Source: a virus
Lineage: Duplodnaviria; Caudoviricetes
Virus record (IMG/VR): IMGVR_UViG_3300037465_000244
Span: 1 to 32,048 of that record
Direction: 5' to 3' (one strand)
DNA: 32,048 nt
Made by a program: the position numbers and the translations under genes
Part shown: piece by piece, positions 8,292 to 17,801 of the stretch
Layout: each line of letters opens with the position of its first letter
Numbering within the stretch: position 1 is the first letter of the stretch
The notes under the pieces: model-generated
The model's database searches: none
Told to the model about the DNA's origin: nothing
Seen by the model: the letters and a program-made list of their open reading frames with translations, nothing else

Positions 8292-11200
8292 CGCCGGCCT
8301 GACGCCCGACCCGTGGCAGCGGGCCTTACTGCGCGGCTGGCACGACCGGTCGCTGCTGCTCTGCTCGCGCCAGGCCGGCAAGAGCCTGACCGCCGCCGCC
8401 CTGGCCTTGCAGGTCGCCCTGCTCCGCGACGAGGCGCTGGTGCTGCTCCTGTCGCCGACCCAGCGGCAGTGCTTCGACGCTGACACGGTGGTCCTGGATC
8501 GCCGGGGGCGGGCGATGCGCATTTGCGACCACCCGGACGCCTGGCCGACCGGCACGAGGCTGGCCAGGCGGTACACCGTCTGGGGCGGGGCGTCCGTCGT
8601 CGTGACGGACAACCACCCCCTTTGGGGCGAGCGGGGCTGGGTCGAGGCCGGCGAGCTCAGGCCGGGCGACCGGATCGCAGTTATGAGCGCATGGCCCCGA
8701 TGGGAGTCGGCCGTCGAGGTTAGCGGCCGGGTGCCGCGGGGCTGGAAGGGTAAGGGCGGCGCCGCCGACGTGTCGTTCCCGGTCACCCCGGAGCTTGGCA
8801 AGCTGATCGGTTACATGATGACGGACGGGTGCCACGGCGAAGGCCGGCAGTCCAACGTCAAGTTCGCCAACACGCGCCGGGAGCACCTTGACGAGGTCGC
8901 GGCCTTGTCGTTGTCGGTCACCGGCACGCCGGGCCGCCGGCGCGCCGGCGACGACCTGATGCGCGTGCTGGCGTGGGACCGCGGCTTCCCGACTGACCTG
9001 TTCCGTTTCCCGCCCGACGTCGCCGCCGCCGCCGTCAACCGGGCGTGGTCGGGCGACGGCTGTGTCCGCGTGACGGCGTGCGGGTTTCCGGAGATCTTCC
9101 TCGCCTGTGAAAACGAGGTGTACGCGCGGTACTTTCACCTGCTGCTGCTCAAGCTCGGCGTCCGCTCGTCGGTCAAGCGCGAGTGGGGTAAGAAGGCCAC
9201 CAGGCCGCACTTTCGCCTGTCGGTGTGCGCGGGGCGGCTGAATGTCGAGCGGTTCTTCGGCGTGGTCGGCCTCATTTACGGCAAGGAGGGCCGGAGCCGG
9301 GCGGCCCTGGAGGCTGTCCAGACGGGGCGCAACCGCGCCATGGACCACTTCAAGCAGGACCACGTCGGCGAGGATGGCGAAGAGTTTCACCTGGCCCGCA
9401 TCACCAAGATTGAGGACGTCGGTGAGCGGCAGGTGTGGGACATCAGCGTCCCCGGCAAGGGCTGGCTGGTCGCCCAGGGCGTCAAAGCTCACAACAGCGG
9501 CGAGCTGTTCCGCCACAAGATGATGTGGCTCTACGAGCGCCTCGGCCGGCCGGTGAAGGCGACCCAAGAAACGGCCCTGACGCTAATGCTGGCTAACGGC
9601 TCACGGGTGGTGAGCCTGCCGGGCAGCGAGGCGGGGATCGTCGGCTACTCAGCGGTGTCGCTGCTGGTGATCGACGAGGCGGCCCGCGTGCCGGACACGC
9701 TGTACTACTCCGTGCGGCCGATGCTCGCCGTGAGCCAGGGCCGGCTGGCGGCCCTGTCCACGCCGCTCGGCAAGCGGGGGTGGTTCTACGAGGAGTGGAC
9801 CGGGGCGAACCGCTGGGACAGGGTGCGGGTCGAGGCGTCCAGCTGCCCGCGGATCAGCCCGGAGTTCCTGGCCGAAGAGCGGAAGGCGCTAGGCGATCGT
9901 TGGTACCGTCAGGAGTACGAGTGCCACCTGCCGGCCACCCGTGTGCTTCTGGCCGACGGGCGGGAGAAAGCGATTGTTGATGTCGCGGCCGGTGACTCCT
10001 TGTGGTGCGCCCCACCCGGCTCACCGCCGAAACCATGCCGTGTAACGAGGGTTTGGCCTGTGGGCGAGAAGCCGATCACGAGAGTTGTCACCGAGATCGG
10101 GACCGTCTTTTCGGCGAGCAGCGATCACCCGGTCGTGACGGGGCGGGGGAGGCTACCGCTAAGCCTGGCGGGCGACCTGCACTACGTCCCGCGCCCGGCT
10201 TACTCGTCCGACCCTCAGGAAGCCCTGGCCCGGCTGGTCGGACACAACATGGGAGACGGGACGGTGTGCGCCCGGCCTTCCGGCCGCTACCAGGCGTCCT
10301 GGTACGGCAACGGGTATGCCGACATGGCTCGCGTCGCGGCGGACCTCCACGTTTCCGGCCTGCGCGACGAGCCGGCTTCGGTGCTGAGGAAAAAGGCCAG
10401 GGCTGGCAAACCGGACACCTGGCAAGTACACGCCTCCGGCCGCGCGGCGGCCGCGCTGGTTAGCGCCGGCTGCCCGATCGGCAAGAAAAAGCACGCCGTT
10501 TTCGGCGTGCCGCCGTGGGTCGCCCGAGGTCCGGCCGGGGTCAGGCGTGAGTTTATCGCCGCCCTGTTCGGGGCCGAAGGGGCCACGCCGATCCGTAGCG
10601 CTGGCAGCGGCAAGCGGTGCAACCAACCGGTCCTGAGCATGTGGAAAGCGCGAGAGGCCGACGGCGTCGAACTGTTCGACGGCCTGCGGACACTCCTTGA
10701 ATGGCTCGGCGTGAGGGCGTCTGTTACGAGGCGGGATGTGGGCGTGAAGGGGTGGTCATTTCACCTCCGGGTCGGGGCCGGGGCCGACAACATCAAGCGG
10801 TTTTACGACCTGGTCGGCTACAGGTACGCCGCCGCGAAGGAGCTGCTGGCCTTTCAGTGGTCCGCCTATTACGGCGCTTACTTGCACGACGCCGCAAGCC
10901 GCAAGGCCCGCGTCCGCGCCATGCGGGCGTCCGGCCTGACCTACGAGGCCACCGGGCGAAAGCTCGGGTGCCGCGCCGGCGTCGCGCATCAGCTCTGCGT
11001 CAGCTCGCCCAGCCAGCCGAGGCGGGACTTCCCCGCATTTGCCGACTGGGTGGCGTCGCGATGGCGCGGCGGCGGCCTGCTCGCCAGGGTGGTTGACCGC
11101 CAGGAATGTGATGCCAGCCAGGTTTATAACATCGAAGTCGATTCGCCCGATCACTCCTACCTTTTGGCGGACGGGCTGAACAACTACAATTGTTCATTCG

Positions 11201-11295
11201 AGGAGACGACCGACTCGCTGTTCAGCAGCGACCAGATCGCCGACATGCTGGCCGGCGGTGAGTCCCATCCGGCCTGGACCGGGGGTGAGCCGTGA
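8131..11295 (+). CDS. terL: Terminase large subunit, ATPase half, with two inteins (about 289 aa after splicing)
   Basis: 'DPWQ', Walker A 'SRQAGKS', Walker B 'LVIDEAA', 'LSTP', 'RQEYE|C'; start codon uncertain. Confidence 0.9.
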   Translation: MTTAGRPCSTPWPGWGFCPGAVQTWQAKILLRAATGRAEPRDRFAADPARLLTDAGLTPDPWQRALLRGWHDRSLLLCSRQAGKSLTAAALALQVALLRDEALVLLLSPTQRQCFDADTVVLDRRGRAMRICDHPDAWPTGTRLARRYTVWGGASVVVTDNHPLWGERGWVEAGELRPGDRIAVMSAWPRWESAVEVSGRVPRGWKGKGGAADVSFPVTPELGKLIGYMMTDGCHGEGRQSNVKFANTRREHLDEVAALSLSVTGTPGRRRAGDDLMRVLAWDRGFPTDLFRFPPDVAAAAVNRAWSGDGCVRVTACGFPEIFLACENEVYARYFHLLLLKLGVRSSVKREWGKKATRPHFRLSVCAGRLNVERFFGVVGLIYGKEGRSRAALEAVQTGRNRAMDHFKQDHVGEDGEEFHLARITKIEDVGERQVWDISVPGKGWLVAQGVKAHNSGELFRHKMMWLYERLGRPVKATQETALTLMLANGSRVVSLPGSEAGIVGYSAVSLLVIDEAARVPDTLYYSVRPMLAVSQGRLAALSTPLGKRGWFYEEWTGANRWDRVRVEASSCPRISPEFLAEERKALGDRWYRQEYECHLPATRVLLADGREKAIVDVAAGDSLWCAPPGSPPKPCRVTRVWPVGEKPITRVVTEIGTVFSASSDHPVVTGRGRLPLSLAGDLHYVPRPAYSSDPQEALARLVGHNMGDGTVCARPSGRYQASWYGNGYADMARVAADLHVSGLRDEPASVLRKKARAGKPDTWQVHASGRAAAALVSAGCPIGKKKHAVFGVPPWVARGPAGVRREFIAALFGAEGATPIRSAGSGKRCNQPVLSMWKAREADGVELFDGLRTLLEWLGVRASVTRRDVGVKGWSFHLRVGAGADNIKRFYDLVGYRYAAAKELLAFQWSAYYGAYLHDAASRKARVRAMRASGLTYEATGRKLGCRAGVAHQLCVSSPSQPRRDFPAFADWVASRWRGGGLLARVVDRQECDASQVYNIEVDSPDHSYLLADGLNNYNCSFEETTDSLFSSDQIADMLAGGESHPAWTGGEP
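8470..9495 (+). mobile_element. Intein 1 (342 aa) with LAGLIDADG homing endonuclease
   Basis: N-terminus CFDADTVV, block B TDNH, motifs LIGYMMTDG and AWSGDG, C-terminus AHN|S. Confidence 0.9.
9922..11190 (+). mobile_element. Intein 2 (423 aa) with LAGLIDADG endonuclease and HTH-like insert
   Basis: N-terminus CHLPATRVLLADG, SSDH, motifs LVGHNMGDG and FIAALFGAEG, C-terminus VYNIEV...NYN|C. Confidence 0.9.
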
Positions 11296-11669
11296 GAGAC
11301 TACGCGCGGGCGATTCTGGGCGACGCGGAAGGCGCGCCTGACCCGTTTAGCCTATACAAGATAGCCGCCGACGCCGCCCTCGACGCTGGCGATGACGACC
11401 TGGCGTTCGGTTTGCGCTGGCTGGCCGCCAGGCGGCGCAGGCCGGCATGCCGGATCTTCAAGGACGGCATGGCGTGGGTGTGGCATAACCATGATGAGGG
11501 GCAGTTCTGCTTGCTGTACCTGTGGTCGGGGGTTTTCTACCACCACCTGCCGGACCGCGTTGCCGGCCGCGTCGTCGGAGATCACCTTGATGACGGTGAC
11601 ATTTTGTGCGGTGACAGCTTCGCCGACGCCGTCGCGTCAGCGGCCCTGGCCGTGAGCGATGCTCACTAG
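11292..11669 (+). CDS. Hypothetical protein with degenerate TIGR02996-like motif, between the terminase halves
   Basis: GTGA overlap; 'IAADAALDAGDDDLAFGLRW'. Confidence 0.6.
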   Translation: MRDYARAILGDAEGAPDPFSLYKIAADAALDAGDDDLAFGLRWLAARRRRPACRIFKDGMAWVWHNHDEGQFCLLYLWSGVFYHHLPDRVAGRVVGDHLDDGDILCGDSFADAVASAALAVSDAH

Positions 11670-11692
11670 CGAGGGGGGGGTGTGTTACGACC

Positions 11693-12301
11693 ATGAACGC
11701 GTGGCACGTCTTCGGTCTTGACCTCGGCCAGACGTCAGACTTCTCGGCGCTGGCGCTGCTGGCCCGCGACCGCGCGGGGGTGTACGCGGTGACCCACCTC
11801 CGCCGCTGGCAGCTGGGCACGCGGTACACGGACGTCGTCCGCGACGTGGCCGCGCTGACCAGGAAGCCGCCGCTGCACAACCCGCCCCTGGTTGTGGACG
11901 GCACCGGGGTCGGCGCGGCTGTGGTGGACTTGTTTTTGGAGGCCGACATGCCGGGCCGTGTGGTCCCGGTCGTGATCACCGGCGGGGCCAGGGCGTCTCT
12001 GGACGCCGAGACGGGCCGGCTGCACGTCCCGAAGAGAGAGCTGGCCTCGACCCTCCAGGTGCTGATGCAGTCCCGCCGGCTGGTCGTCGCCAGGGGCGTC
12101 GAGTTGGCCGAAACGCTGGCCAGGGAGATGGCGAACTTCAAGGTCAAGGTGACCGCTTCGGCGAACGAGACTTACGAGGCGTGGCGGTCCGGCGACAAGG
12201 ACGACCTGGTGCTGGCCGTCGCCGTCGCGGCCTGGGTGGCGGAGCGGGCGTGGGCGACGTCCCAGGAGGAATACGACGGCGGCGTCGTGATCACCGCCTG
12301 A
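11693..12301 (+). CDS. Terminase large subunit nuclease half (RNase H fold)
   Basis: 'GLDLGQTSDFSA', 'VDGTGVG', 'DDLVLAVA' acidic triad. Confidence 0.85.
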   Translation: MNAWHVFGLDLGQTSDFSALALLARDRAGVYAVTHLRRWQLGTRYTDVVRDVAALTRKPPLHNPPLVVDGTGVGAAVVDLFLEADMPGRVVPVVITGGARASLDAETGRLHVPKRELASTLQVLMQSRRLVVARGVELAETLAREMANFKVKVTASANETYEAWRSGDKDDLVLAVAVAAWVAERAWATSQEEYDGGVVITA

Positions 12302-12866
12302 GCGGCGGCAGCCCGGCCATGCGGCGGCCGATGTAAACACAGGCGGCCGAGGCGTCCTCGACGGCGTCTGCCTCGGATAGGTAGATGCGGGCGGCCGAGA
12401 CGCCTTCGACCTTGGCGGACAACTCACGCCCGCCGGCGAGCCGGTAGAACACTCCAGGCGGCAGGTGGCAAGCCTTGATCTGGTCGGGCGGGTAGAAGGG
12501 GGCGTGCCGGCACTCCCAGGACCAGCCGCCGGGGGCGTACTGCGGGTGCCTGGCCGGCGCGGTGCCTATCAGCCTGACGCTGACGACCGGGTGACGCCTG
12601 AAGATGCCAGCGGCCAGGGCGGCGAATTCGTCCGGGCGGGATTCGATGTGCCGTATCAGGGATGATACGGAAACGTGTTCGCCGCACCGCCTCACCCCCA
12701 GTCCGGCCAGCTCATCCGCCACCTGCTTCCGCACGCCGGCCGGCGTCTCGTGGCGGCCCGCCAGCCCGCGGCTCACCTCCTCCATCCAGTCCGCGTAGGC
12801 TAACATGGCGACGTGGTCGAACGGGTCGAGGAGGATGGCCCACAGGAGCTTTTCGCCGTCGGTCAT
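12291..12866 (-). CDS. TIGR02996 domain protein
   Basis: 'MTDGEKLLWAILLDPFDHVAMLAYADWMEE...IFRRHPVVSVRL'; GAGGAG RBS. Confidence 0.8.
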   Translation of the reverse strand: MTDGEKLLWAILLDPFDHVAMLAYADWMEEVSRGLAGRHETPAGVRKQVADELAGLGVRRCGEHVSVSSLIRHIESRPDEFAALAAGIFRRHPVVSVRLIGTAPARHPQYAPGGWSWECRHAPFYPPDQIKACHLPPGVFYRLAGGRELSAKVEGVSAARIYLSEADAVEDASAACVYIGRRMAGLPPLRR

Positions 12867-12876
12867 AGCTTTCTCC

Positions 12877-13124
12877 TCAAAACGGCAACAGGGACGGGTC
12901 GATCGATTCGAGCGTGTCGATCGCCGCGGCGGCGTCGCCGGCCACCAGCCGGGCCGCCGCCGCGGCCGCCGGCGCACGGAGCGGATCTCCGCAGCCGCCT
13001 GCGCCGCAGCCTCACAGTCGGCGGCGCAGGCGTGCAGGTCGTTAGACAGGTCCGCCAGACCGGCATCCAGCCGGGCGAAGTCGATCTCGGAGCGGGCGAG
13101 CGTGGTCAGGGTCAGGCGTCGCAC
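12877..13124 (-). pseudogene. Small helical protein with an apparent 1-nt frameshift near 12975
   Basis: AAGGAG-GTG start; natural-looking C-terminus (AAARLVAGDAAAAIDTLESIDPSLLPF*) lies in the -1 frame; span is 248 nt. Confidence 0.5.
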
Positions 13125-13219
13125 GGGGTGTCTCCTTGAGGGGGAGTGGGGAAGATCAACAATCAGGATCGGCCAGCAACTCGCTCATGAACTCGCCGAC
13201 GTCGGCGTCCCACACCGCA

Positions 13220-13310
13220 CCACCGTACTGGCACCTGGTAGGGATGATGTCAAAGGGAATTCCTAGAATTTTCTGGGGCGTGCTCCTATACTGTTGTTAT
13301 ACACTGCGGC
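13220..13310. promoter_or_regulatory. Divergent promoter/operator region
   Basis: AT-rich; TTGACA on the minus strand (13248-13253), TATACT at 13287, palindrome AATTC-CTA-GAATT near 13258-13270. Confidence 0.5.
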
Positions 13311-13324
13311 CAGGAGGCGACGCG

Positions 13325-13591
13325 ATGCCGAAGATCAGGGCCGGCTACAAGCAGCTGGCGACGCAGATACCGGACTGGCTGTTCCGCGAAGTCGAGCGGC
13401 TGGCGGCGGCTTTGGGGCGGTCGATGGCGGAGGAGGTGTCGCACGCCCTGGCGAGGCACGTCGCCCAGCCGCCGACGCTGTCCGTGCCGAAGCTGAAGCC
13501 GGAGGTTGCTGATCGCCGCCGCGACCGGCGGCGCGAAGAGGGGTCAGCGTTGTCGGCCAGGGCGAGTCCGCCTTCTTCGGCCTTCCGTTAA
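13325..13591 (+). CDS. Arc-like ribbon-helix-helix DNA-binding protein
   Basis: 'QLATQIPDWLFREVERLAAALGRSMAEEVSHAL'; AGGAGG RBS. Confidence 0.75.
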   Translation: MPKIRAGYKQLATQIPDWLFREVERLAAALGRSMAEEVSHALARHVAQPPTLSVPKLKPEVADRRRDRRREEGSALSARASPPSSAFR

Positions 13592-13612
13592 TACCGCGCG
13601 TCAAGGTATAAT
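13583..13612 (+). promoter_or_regulatory. Candidate promoter for the portal gene
   Basis: TTCCGT-18 bp-TATAAT (perfect -10). Confidence 0.5.
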
Positions 13613-13632
13613 TTTCCCCAAAGGGGGAGGGG

Positions 13633-16600
13633 ATGAACATCGACCGTGGCAACGGCCAGGCCGCCGGGCCGGACGCGCTGAGGCGGCAGGCGGAGCATGA
13701 GCGGGCGTTGGCCGACCTGGCGTTGGCCAGGTACGAGCGGTCCCTGATGGAGTCGTTCGTCGCCCCGGCGGGAATGGGCGGCGGCTGGTCGGACATATCC
13801 AACCCGTTCGGCTACCGCCTTGACGATGCCGGCCGGCTGTGGTTGCCTCTGGGCGGCGGCACGCTGTTCGCCCGCCAGCACGGGCGGAACAGGCCGTTCG
13901 CCTGGATGGACATCAACCTCGACGAGCAAAGGAGCCTGGCGCGCTGGCTCGCCGCGCGCAACCAGTTCGCGGCCGGCGCGCTACGCTGCCTGACGAACTT
14001 CGTCATCAAGAAGGGCTTTCAGTATGAGGCCAGGCCGGCGGCCGGGTTCGAGGGCGACCCGGAAGTTGTCCGGCTGGCGAGGGACTGCCAGCGCGTGATC
14101 GACCGGCATGACGACGTGAACCGGGCGGCGGAGCGGGAGCGCTCGGTCTACCTTCGCAGCGTCCGCGACGGTGAGGCGTTCGTCCGGCATTTCGCGCAGC
14201 CGGACGGCACGACCCTGATCCGGGCGGTCGAGCCGGAGCAGGTGCGGGAGCAGGCCCCGGCCGGCCACGACGCCGACGGGGCGTTCGGCGTCGTCACCGC
14301 CCCCGGCGACATCGAGGACGTCCGGGCCTACGTCGTGACCTACGACGGCTCGAACTATGAGCTGGTGGATGCTTCCGAGGTCAGCCACATCAAACGAAAC
14401 GTGGACGAGACGGTCAAGCGCGGGCTGTCGGACTTCTACGCGGCCGGCGAGACGCTGGACGCCGTCTCCAGGCTGGTGCGAAACATGACGGCGTCGGGGT
14501 CGGTCCAGTCGGCGATCGCCTGGATCGAGCAGTTCGAAAACTCGACGGCGTCGCAGGTGGGGAGCTACCTGGCCGGCGTCCGCGACCTGAACCGCCCGCA
14601 GTTGACGCACCCGGTGACCGGCCGGGAGGTGCAGTACCAGCGCTACGAGCCGGGCACGATCGTCCGCGTCGGCGCGGGTAAGCAGTACGTGCCGCCTCCG
14701 CTGGCTAGCAACACCAGCAACCACGTCGCCATCGTCCAGGCCGCGTTGAGGTCCGCCGCCGCCGTCTGGAACATGCCGGAATATATGATCTCGGCGGATG
14801 CCAGCAACAACAACTTCGCGAGCGTGTTGGTCGCCGGCGCGCCGTTCGTCAACTTCGTCGAGTGCGAGCAGGCCCGCTACTCGTTGTACTTCCTCCGCTG
14901 GCGGTGGGTCGCCCTCCGCAACGCCTGCGCCGCCGGGCTGCTGGGGCCGGTGTCGTTCGAGTTGCTCCAGAGGCTGATCGACGTGAGCGTCACCACGCCG
15001 CAAGTGGCCGTGGCGAAGGAGGCGGAGCAGGCCAGCATCGACCACCAGGACATCGCGGCGGGGGTGATGTCGCTCCAGACCCGGCGGGCCAGGCGGGGTC
15101 TGGACGACGAGCAGGAGCGGAAGAACCTTCAGGATGAGCCGCCGACCCGCGTCCAGGGCCGGGTGACTGACCTGGACGCCCAGGGCAACCCGCGGGGTCA
15201 GGGCGGCTCGCCCGACCAGCCGAGTCCGGCCCCGCCCGGATCGGCCGACGACCCGTTCGCCGCGATGCTGGGCGAATCCCGCCGGGAAGGCGAGGTTTGG
15301 CAAGGCGACTCCGGCCGGTGGTTCACGGTTAAGGGCGGCCGCGTGGTGCCGGCCAGGGCCAGGGGGGGCGAAGGCGGACACGATGCCGGCGGCCTGGGCG
15401 GGAAAGACTCAGCCGCGCCGGAAGCGCCGGCGTCCCCGGCGGCAAAGGCCGAGGCCGAGGCGCTCAAGGCGGCCGGCGGCAGGGTCGGCGCGGTCAAGGC
15501 GGCCGCCGCCCGGCTGGGCGGGGCCGTCTGGTCGTCGATGAGCGAAGATGAGCAGTGGGTCGCGGCCAGGGCCTACGCGGTCGGCAAATGGGTGTTGCAC
15601 AGGGCCGAGACCGGGCTGCGCAAGGGCAACCAGTGGGCGGTGGAGTCGGCCAGGGCCCGCGGTTTGTCCGATGAGCAGGCAACGAAGGTCGGCAAGGTGC
15701 TGGGCGTCATCGACACCGTGGCGGCGTGGACGGTGAACGTCCCGGCGGCGACGCTGGCGACCGGCAACCCGCTCGTCGGCAAGGCGGCCGGCCTGTTCCC
15801 GGTGGCCAGCGCGGCGTACCTGGCCTACTCGGCGGCGCGCGACCCGCTGGCGGTCGTCAAGGCCGCGTGGAAGACGCTCAGGACGCCGTCGGGTGGCCAC
15901 CATGAGTCGGCCGGCCGGCCTGGTCACGAGGCGGTCATTGACGGGTTCGTCCGGGCGGGTGACGCTGGGCGCGACTGGTACGCGGCGCTGGTGATGGCGG
16001 CGGCGGACCTGGCCGGCGGCGACCACGCCAGGGCCGCCGCGATGGCCGACGAGGCGTTCGAGGCCAACCCGTCACCACCGGCGGCGGCCGTCAAGGAGTC
16101 CAGGGACGCCAGCGGTCACGAGCACGACGACAGGGGGCGGTTCACCTCCTCAAGCGGAGGGTCGGCGTCCGGCGGCGGGGAGGGCAAGGACGGCGACAAG
16201 GCGGTCGCCAGGGCGGAGCACGGCAAGCGGGCGGCGGCGCGGCGGTCGCGCCGCGACGCCGTCGCCTCGAAGCGGGCGGCTTTGAACTCGCACGAGCCGG
16301 ACATGGCCGGGGACGCCGCCGGGCTGTACCAGGCCGCCAGCGACCCGGACCCGGAGAAGTCGCTAGCGGCGTCAGAGGCGTTCGCGAAGGCGGCCCCGGA
16401 GGCGTTCGCGGCCGGGGCCGGCCGGGCGGTGGAAGCCCTGAAGAAGGCCGGCGCTCCAGAGAGGCACCTGTCCCGCGTCGAGAGGGCGGCCGAGCGCGGC
16501 AAGGCGTCTCTGGCCAGGGCGTCCGCCCGGCTGGCCGCCGCCGTCGCCAAGGAAAAGACCGCCCATGCCGCCTGGCTGGAGGCGAAGAAGGCCCACGACG

Positions 16601-17193
16601 AGTCGGAGGCCGCCGAGCCGGACGCGGGCGAGTCGGAGGTTGACAAGCTGATGGCGGCCGAGCCTGGCATCGACACGGATGACCCAAGGATGGCAGAGGC
16701 TGAGGCGGCTGACGAGAAGGGCCAGGCGGCATGGGAGAAGGCGCACGAGAAGTGGGAGAAGGCTCACGATAAGCTGAGCGACAAGCTGTCGAAGGCCGAA
16801 GAGAAGCTGGGCGATGCCCAGTCCGCTTCTGGCGAGGCGGCCGACGCGCTCGACTCGGCCCACGCCGACGCGTCGGCCGCGGTGGAGGACGCCTACGCCG
16901 AGGCGGCCGACGCGGCGTCCGGGCTGCATGACGCCGAGGAGGACGCCATTGACGCTGAGGAAGAGTCGGACCCCGAGCCGGAAGAAGACGAGGAGAACGT
17001 GGAGGAGTCGCTGACCGGGGCGGCGGCCAAGAGGAAGGAAGGCGAGACGTGGAGGGGGCCGTCAGGGCGCTGGTTCACGATCAAGAGCGGCCGCGTGGTG
17101 CCGACCAGGGCCCCGGACGCCGGCGGCGCGAAGGCCGGGCCGGGGGCCAAGGCGCAGCCGAAGCCAGGGTGCAGCCGGGGGCCGGGGCCTTGA
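13633..17193 (+). CDS. Portal protein (about first 500 aa) fused to a long C-terminal multi-module extension
   Basis: 'RDGEAFVR...IRAVEPEQV', 'HIKRNVD...KRGLSDF', 'MPEYMISADASNNNFAS', 'GVMSLQT' portal motifs; position after terL. Confidence 0.85.
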   Translation: MNIDRGNGQAAGPDALRRQAEHERALADLALARYERSLMESFVAPAGMGGGWSDISNPFGYRLDDAGRLWLPLGGGTLFARQHGRNRPFAWMDINLDEQRSLARWLAARNQFAAGALRCLTNFVIKKGFQYEARPAAGFEGDPEVVRLARDCQRVIDRHDDVNRAAERERSVYLRSVRDGEAFVRHFAQPDGTTLIRAVEPEQVREQAPAGHDADGAFGVVTAPGDIEDVRAYVVTYDGSNYELVDASEVSHIKRNVDETVKRGLSDFYAAGETLDAVSRLVRNMTASGSVQSAIAWIEQFENSTASQVGSYLAGVRDLNRPQLTHPVTGREVQYQRYEPGTIVRVGAGKQYVPPPLASNTSNHVAIVQAALRSAAAVWNMPEYMISADASNNNFASVLVAGAPFVNFVECEQARYSLYFLRWRWVALRNACAAGLLGPVSFELLQRLIDVSVTTPQVAVAKEAEQASIDHQDIAAGVMSLQTRRARRGLDDEQERKNLQDEPPTRVQGRVTDLDAQGNPRGQGGSPDQPSPAPPGSADDPFAAMLGESRREGEVWQGDSGRWFTVKGGRVVPARARGGEGGHDAGGLGGKDSAAPEAPASPAAKAEAEALKAAGGRVGAVKAAAARLGGAVWSSMSEDEQWVAARAYAVGKWVLHRAETGLRKGNQWAVESARARGLSDEQATKVGKVLGVIDTVAAWTVNVPAATLATGNPLVGKAAGLFPVASAAYLAYSAARDPLAVVKAAWKTLRTPSGGHHESAGRPGHEAVIDGFVRAGDAGRDWYAALVMAAADLAGGDHARAAAMADEAFEANPSPPAAAVKESRDASGHEHDDRGRFTSSSGGSASGGGEGKDGDKAVARAEHGKRAAARRSRRDAVASKRAALNSHEPDMAGDAAGLYQAASDPDPEKSLAASEAFAKAAPEAFAAGAGRAVEALKKAGAPERHLSRVERAAERGKASLARASARLAAAVAKEKTAHAAWLEAKKAHDESEAAEPDAGESEVDKLMAAEPGIDTDDPRMAEAEAADEKGQAAWEKAHEKWEKAHDKLSDKLSKAEEKLGDAQSASGEAADALDSAHADASAAVEDAYAEAADAASGLHDAEEDAIDAEEESDPEPEEDEENVEESLTGAAAKRKEGETWRGPSGRWFTIKSGRVVPTRAPDAGGAKAGPGAKAQPKPGCSRGPGP

Positions 17194-17801
17194 TCGGCGC
17201 GACACAGGAGCAGGGTCAGGACGCGGTGACAGGCGGCCCGCCGAAGCCCGGCGAGCCGGACCCGGACGCCGGTCGCCCCAGCCGTCCGGAAAATCGGCGC
17301 GTCAATGAGGACGGGACGCGCCCGGCCCCGCCGGCGAAGCCGTTCCGGTCACCGCCGCCGAAAAAGCCGCGCGTCGAGGGCGAGGAGTTCGTCCGGAAGA
17401 GTGGCGACGAATCTCAAACAAAGATCGGCGATCTGGGCGAGGAGATGGCTCAGCGCCTGGGGTTCCGCTCGATCTTGCCGGCTGGTCGGCGCAGCAACAA
17501 GCCGGGAGAGAACGCCAAAAAGGGCAGCACGATCGACCTGGAGTTTGACCACTCCGGCCGGGCCTACGAGCTGAAGCTGTGCAACACCACGGCATCCGCG
17601 TACAGGATGAAGGCGAAGAAGAAGGAGAAGAAGCAGAAGCAATTCTTTGCCGACCTTCATGATCTGACGCCCCACGTCATGATCGGCGTCCGCGACGTAG
17701 ACACCGGGGAAATTCATTTTTATTCCAGTCGCGAGCCTGGGTTTATTGGTGCCGAGGTTTCGGACAAAAAGTACGATTACATCGGGAGCGTGAAGTTGTG
17801 A
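17169..17801 (+). CDS. PD-(D/E)xK nuclease domain in the -1 frame relative to the portal; may also start at GTG 17226
   Basis: 'IGDLGEEMA...IDLEFD...YELK' motif preceded by a Pro-rich linker. Confidence 0.6.
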   Translation: MQPGAGALIGATQEQGQDAVTGGPPKPGEPDPDAGRPSRPENRRVNEDGTRPAPPAKPFRSPPPKKPRVEGEEFVRKSGDESQTKIGDLGEEMAQRLGFRSILPAGRRSNKPGENAKKGSTIDLEFDHSGRAYELKLCNTTASAYRMKAKKKEKKQKQFFADLHDLTPHVMIGVRDVDTGEIHFYSSREPGFIGAEVSDKKYDYIGSVKL

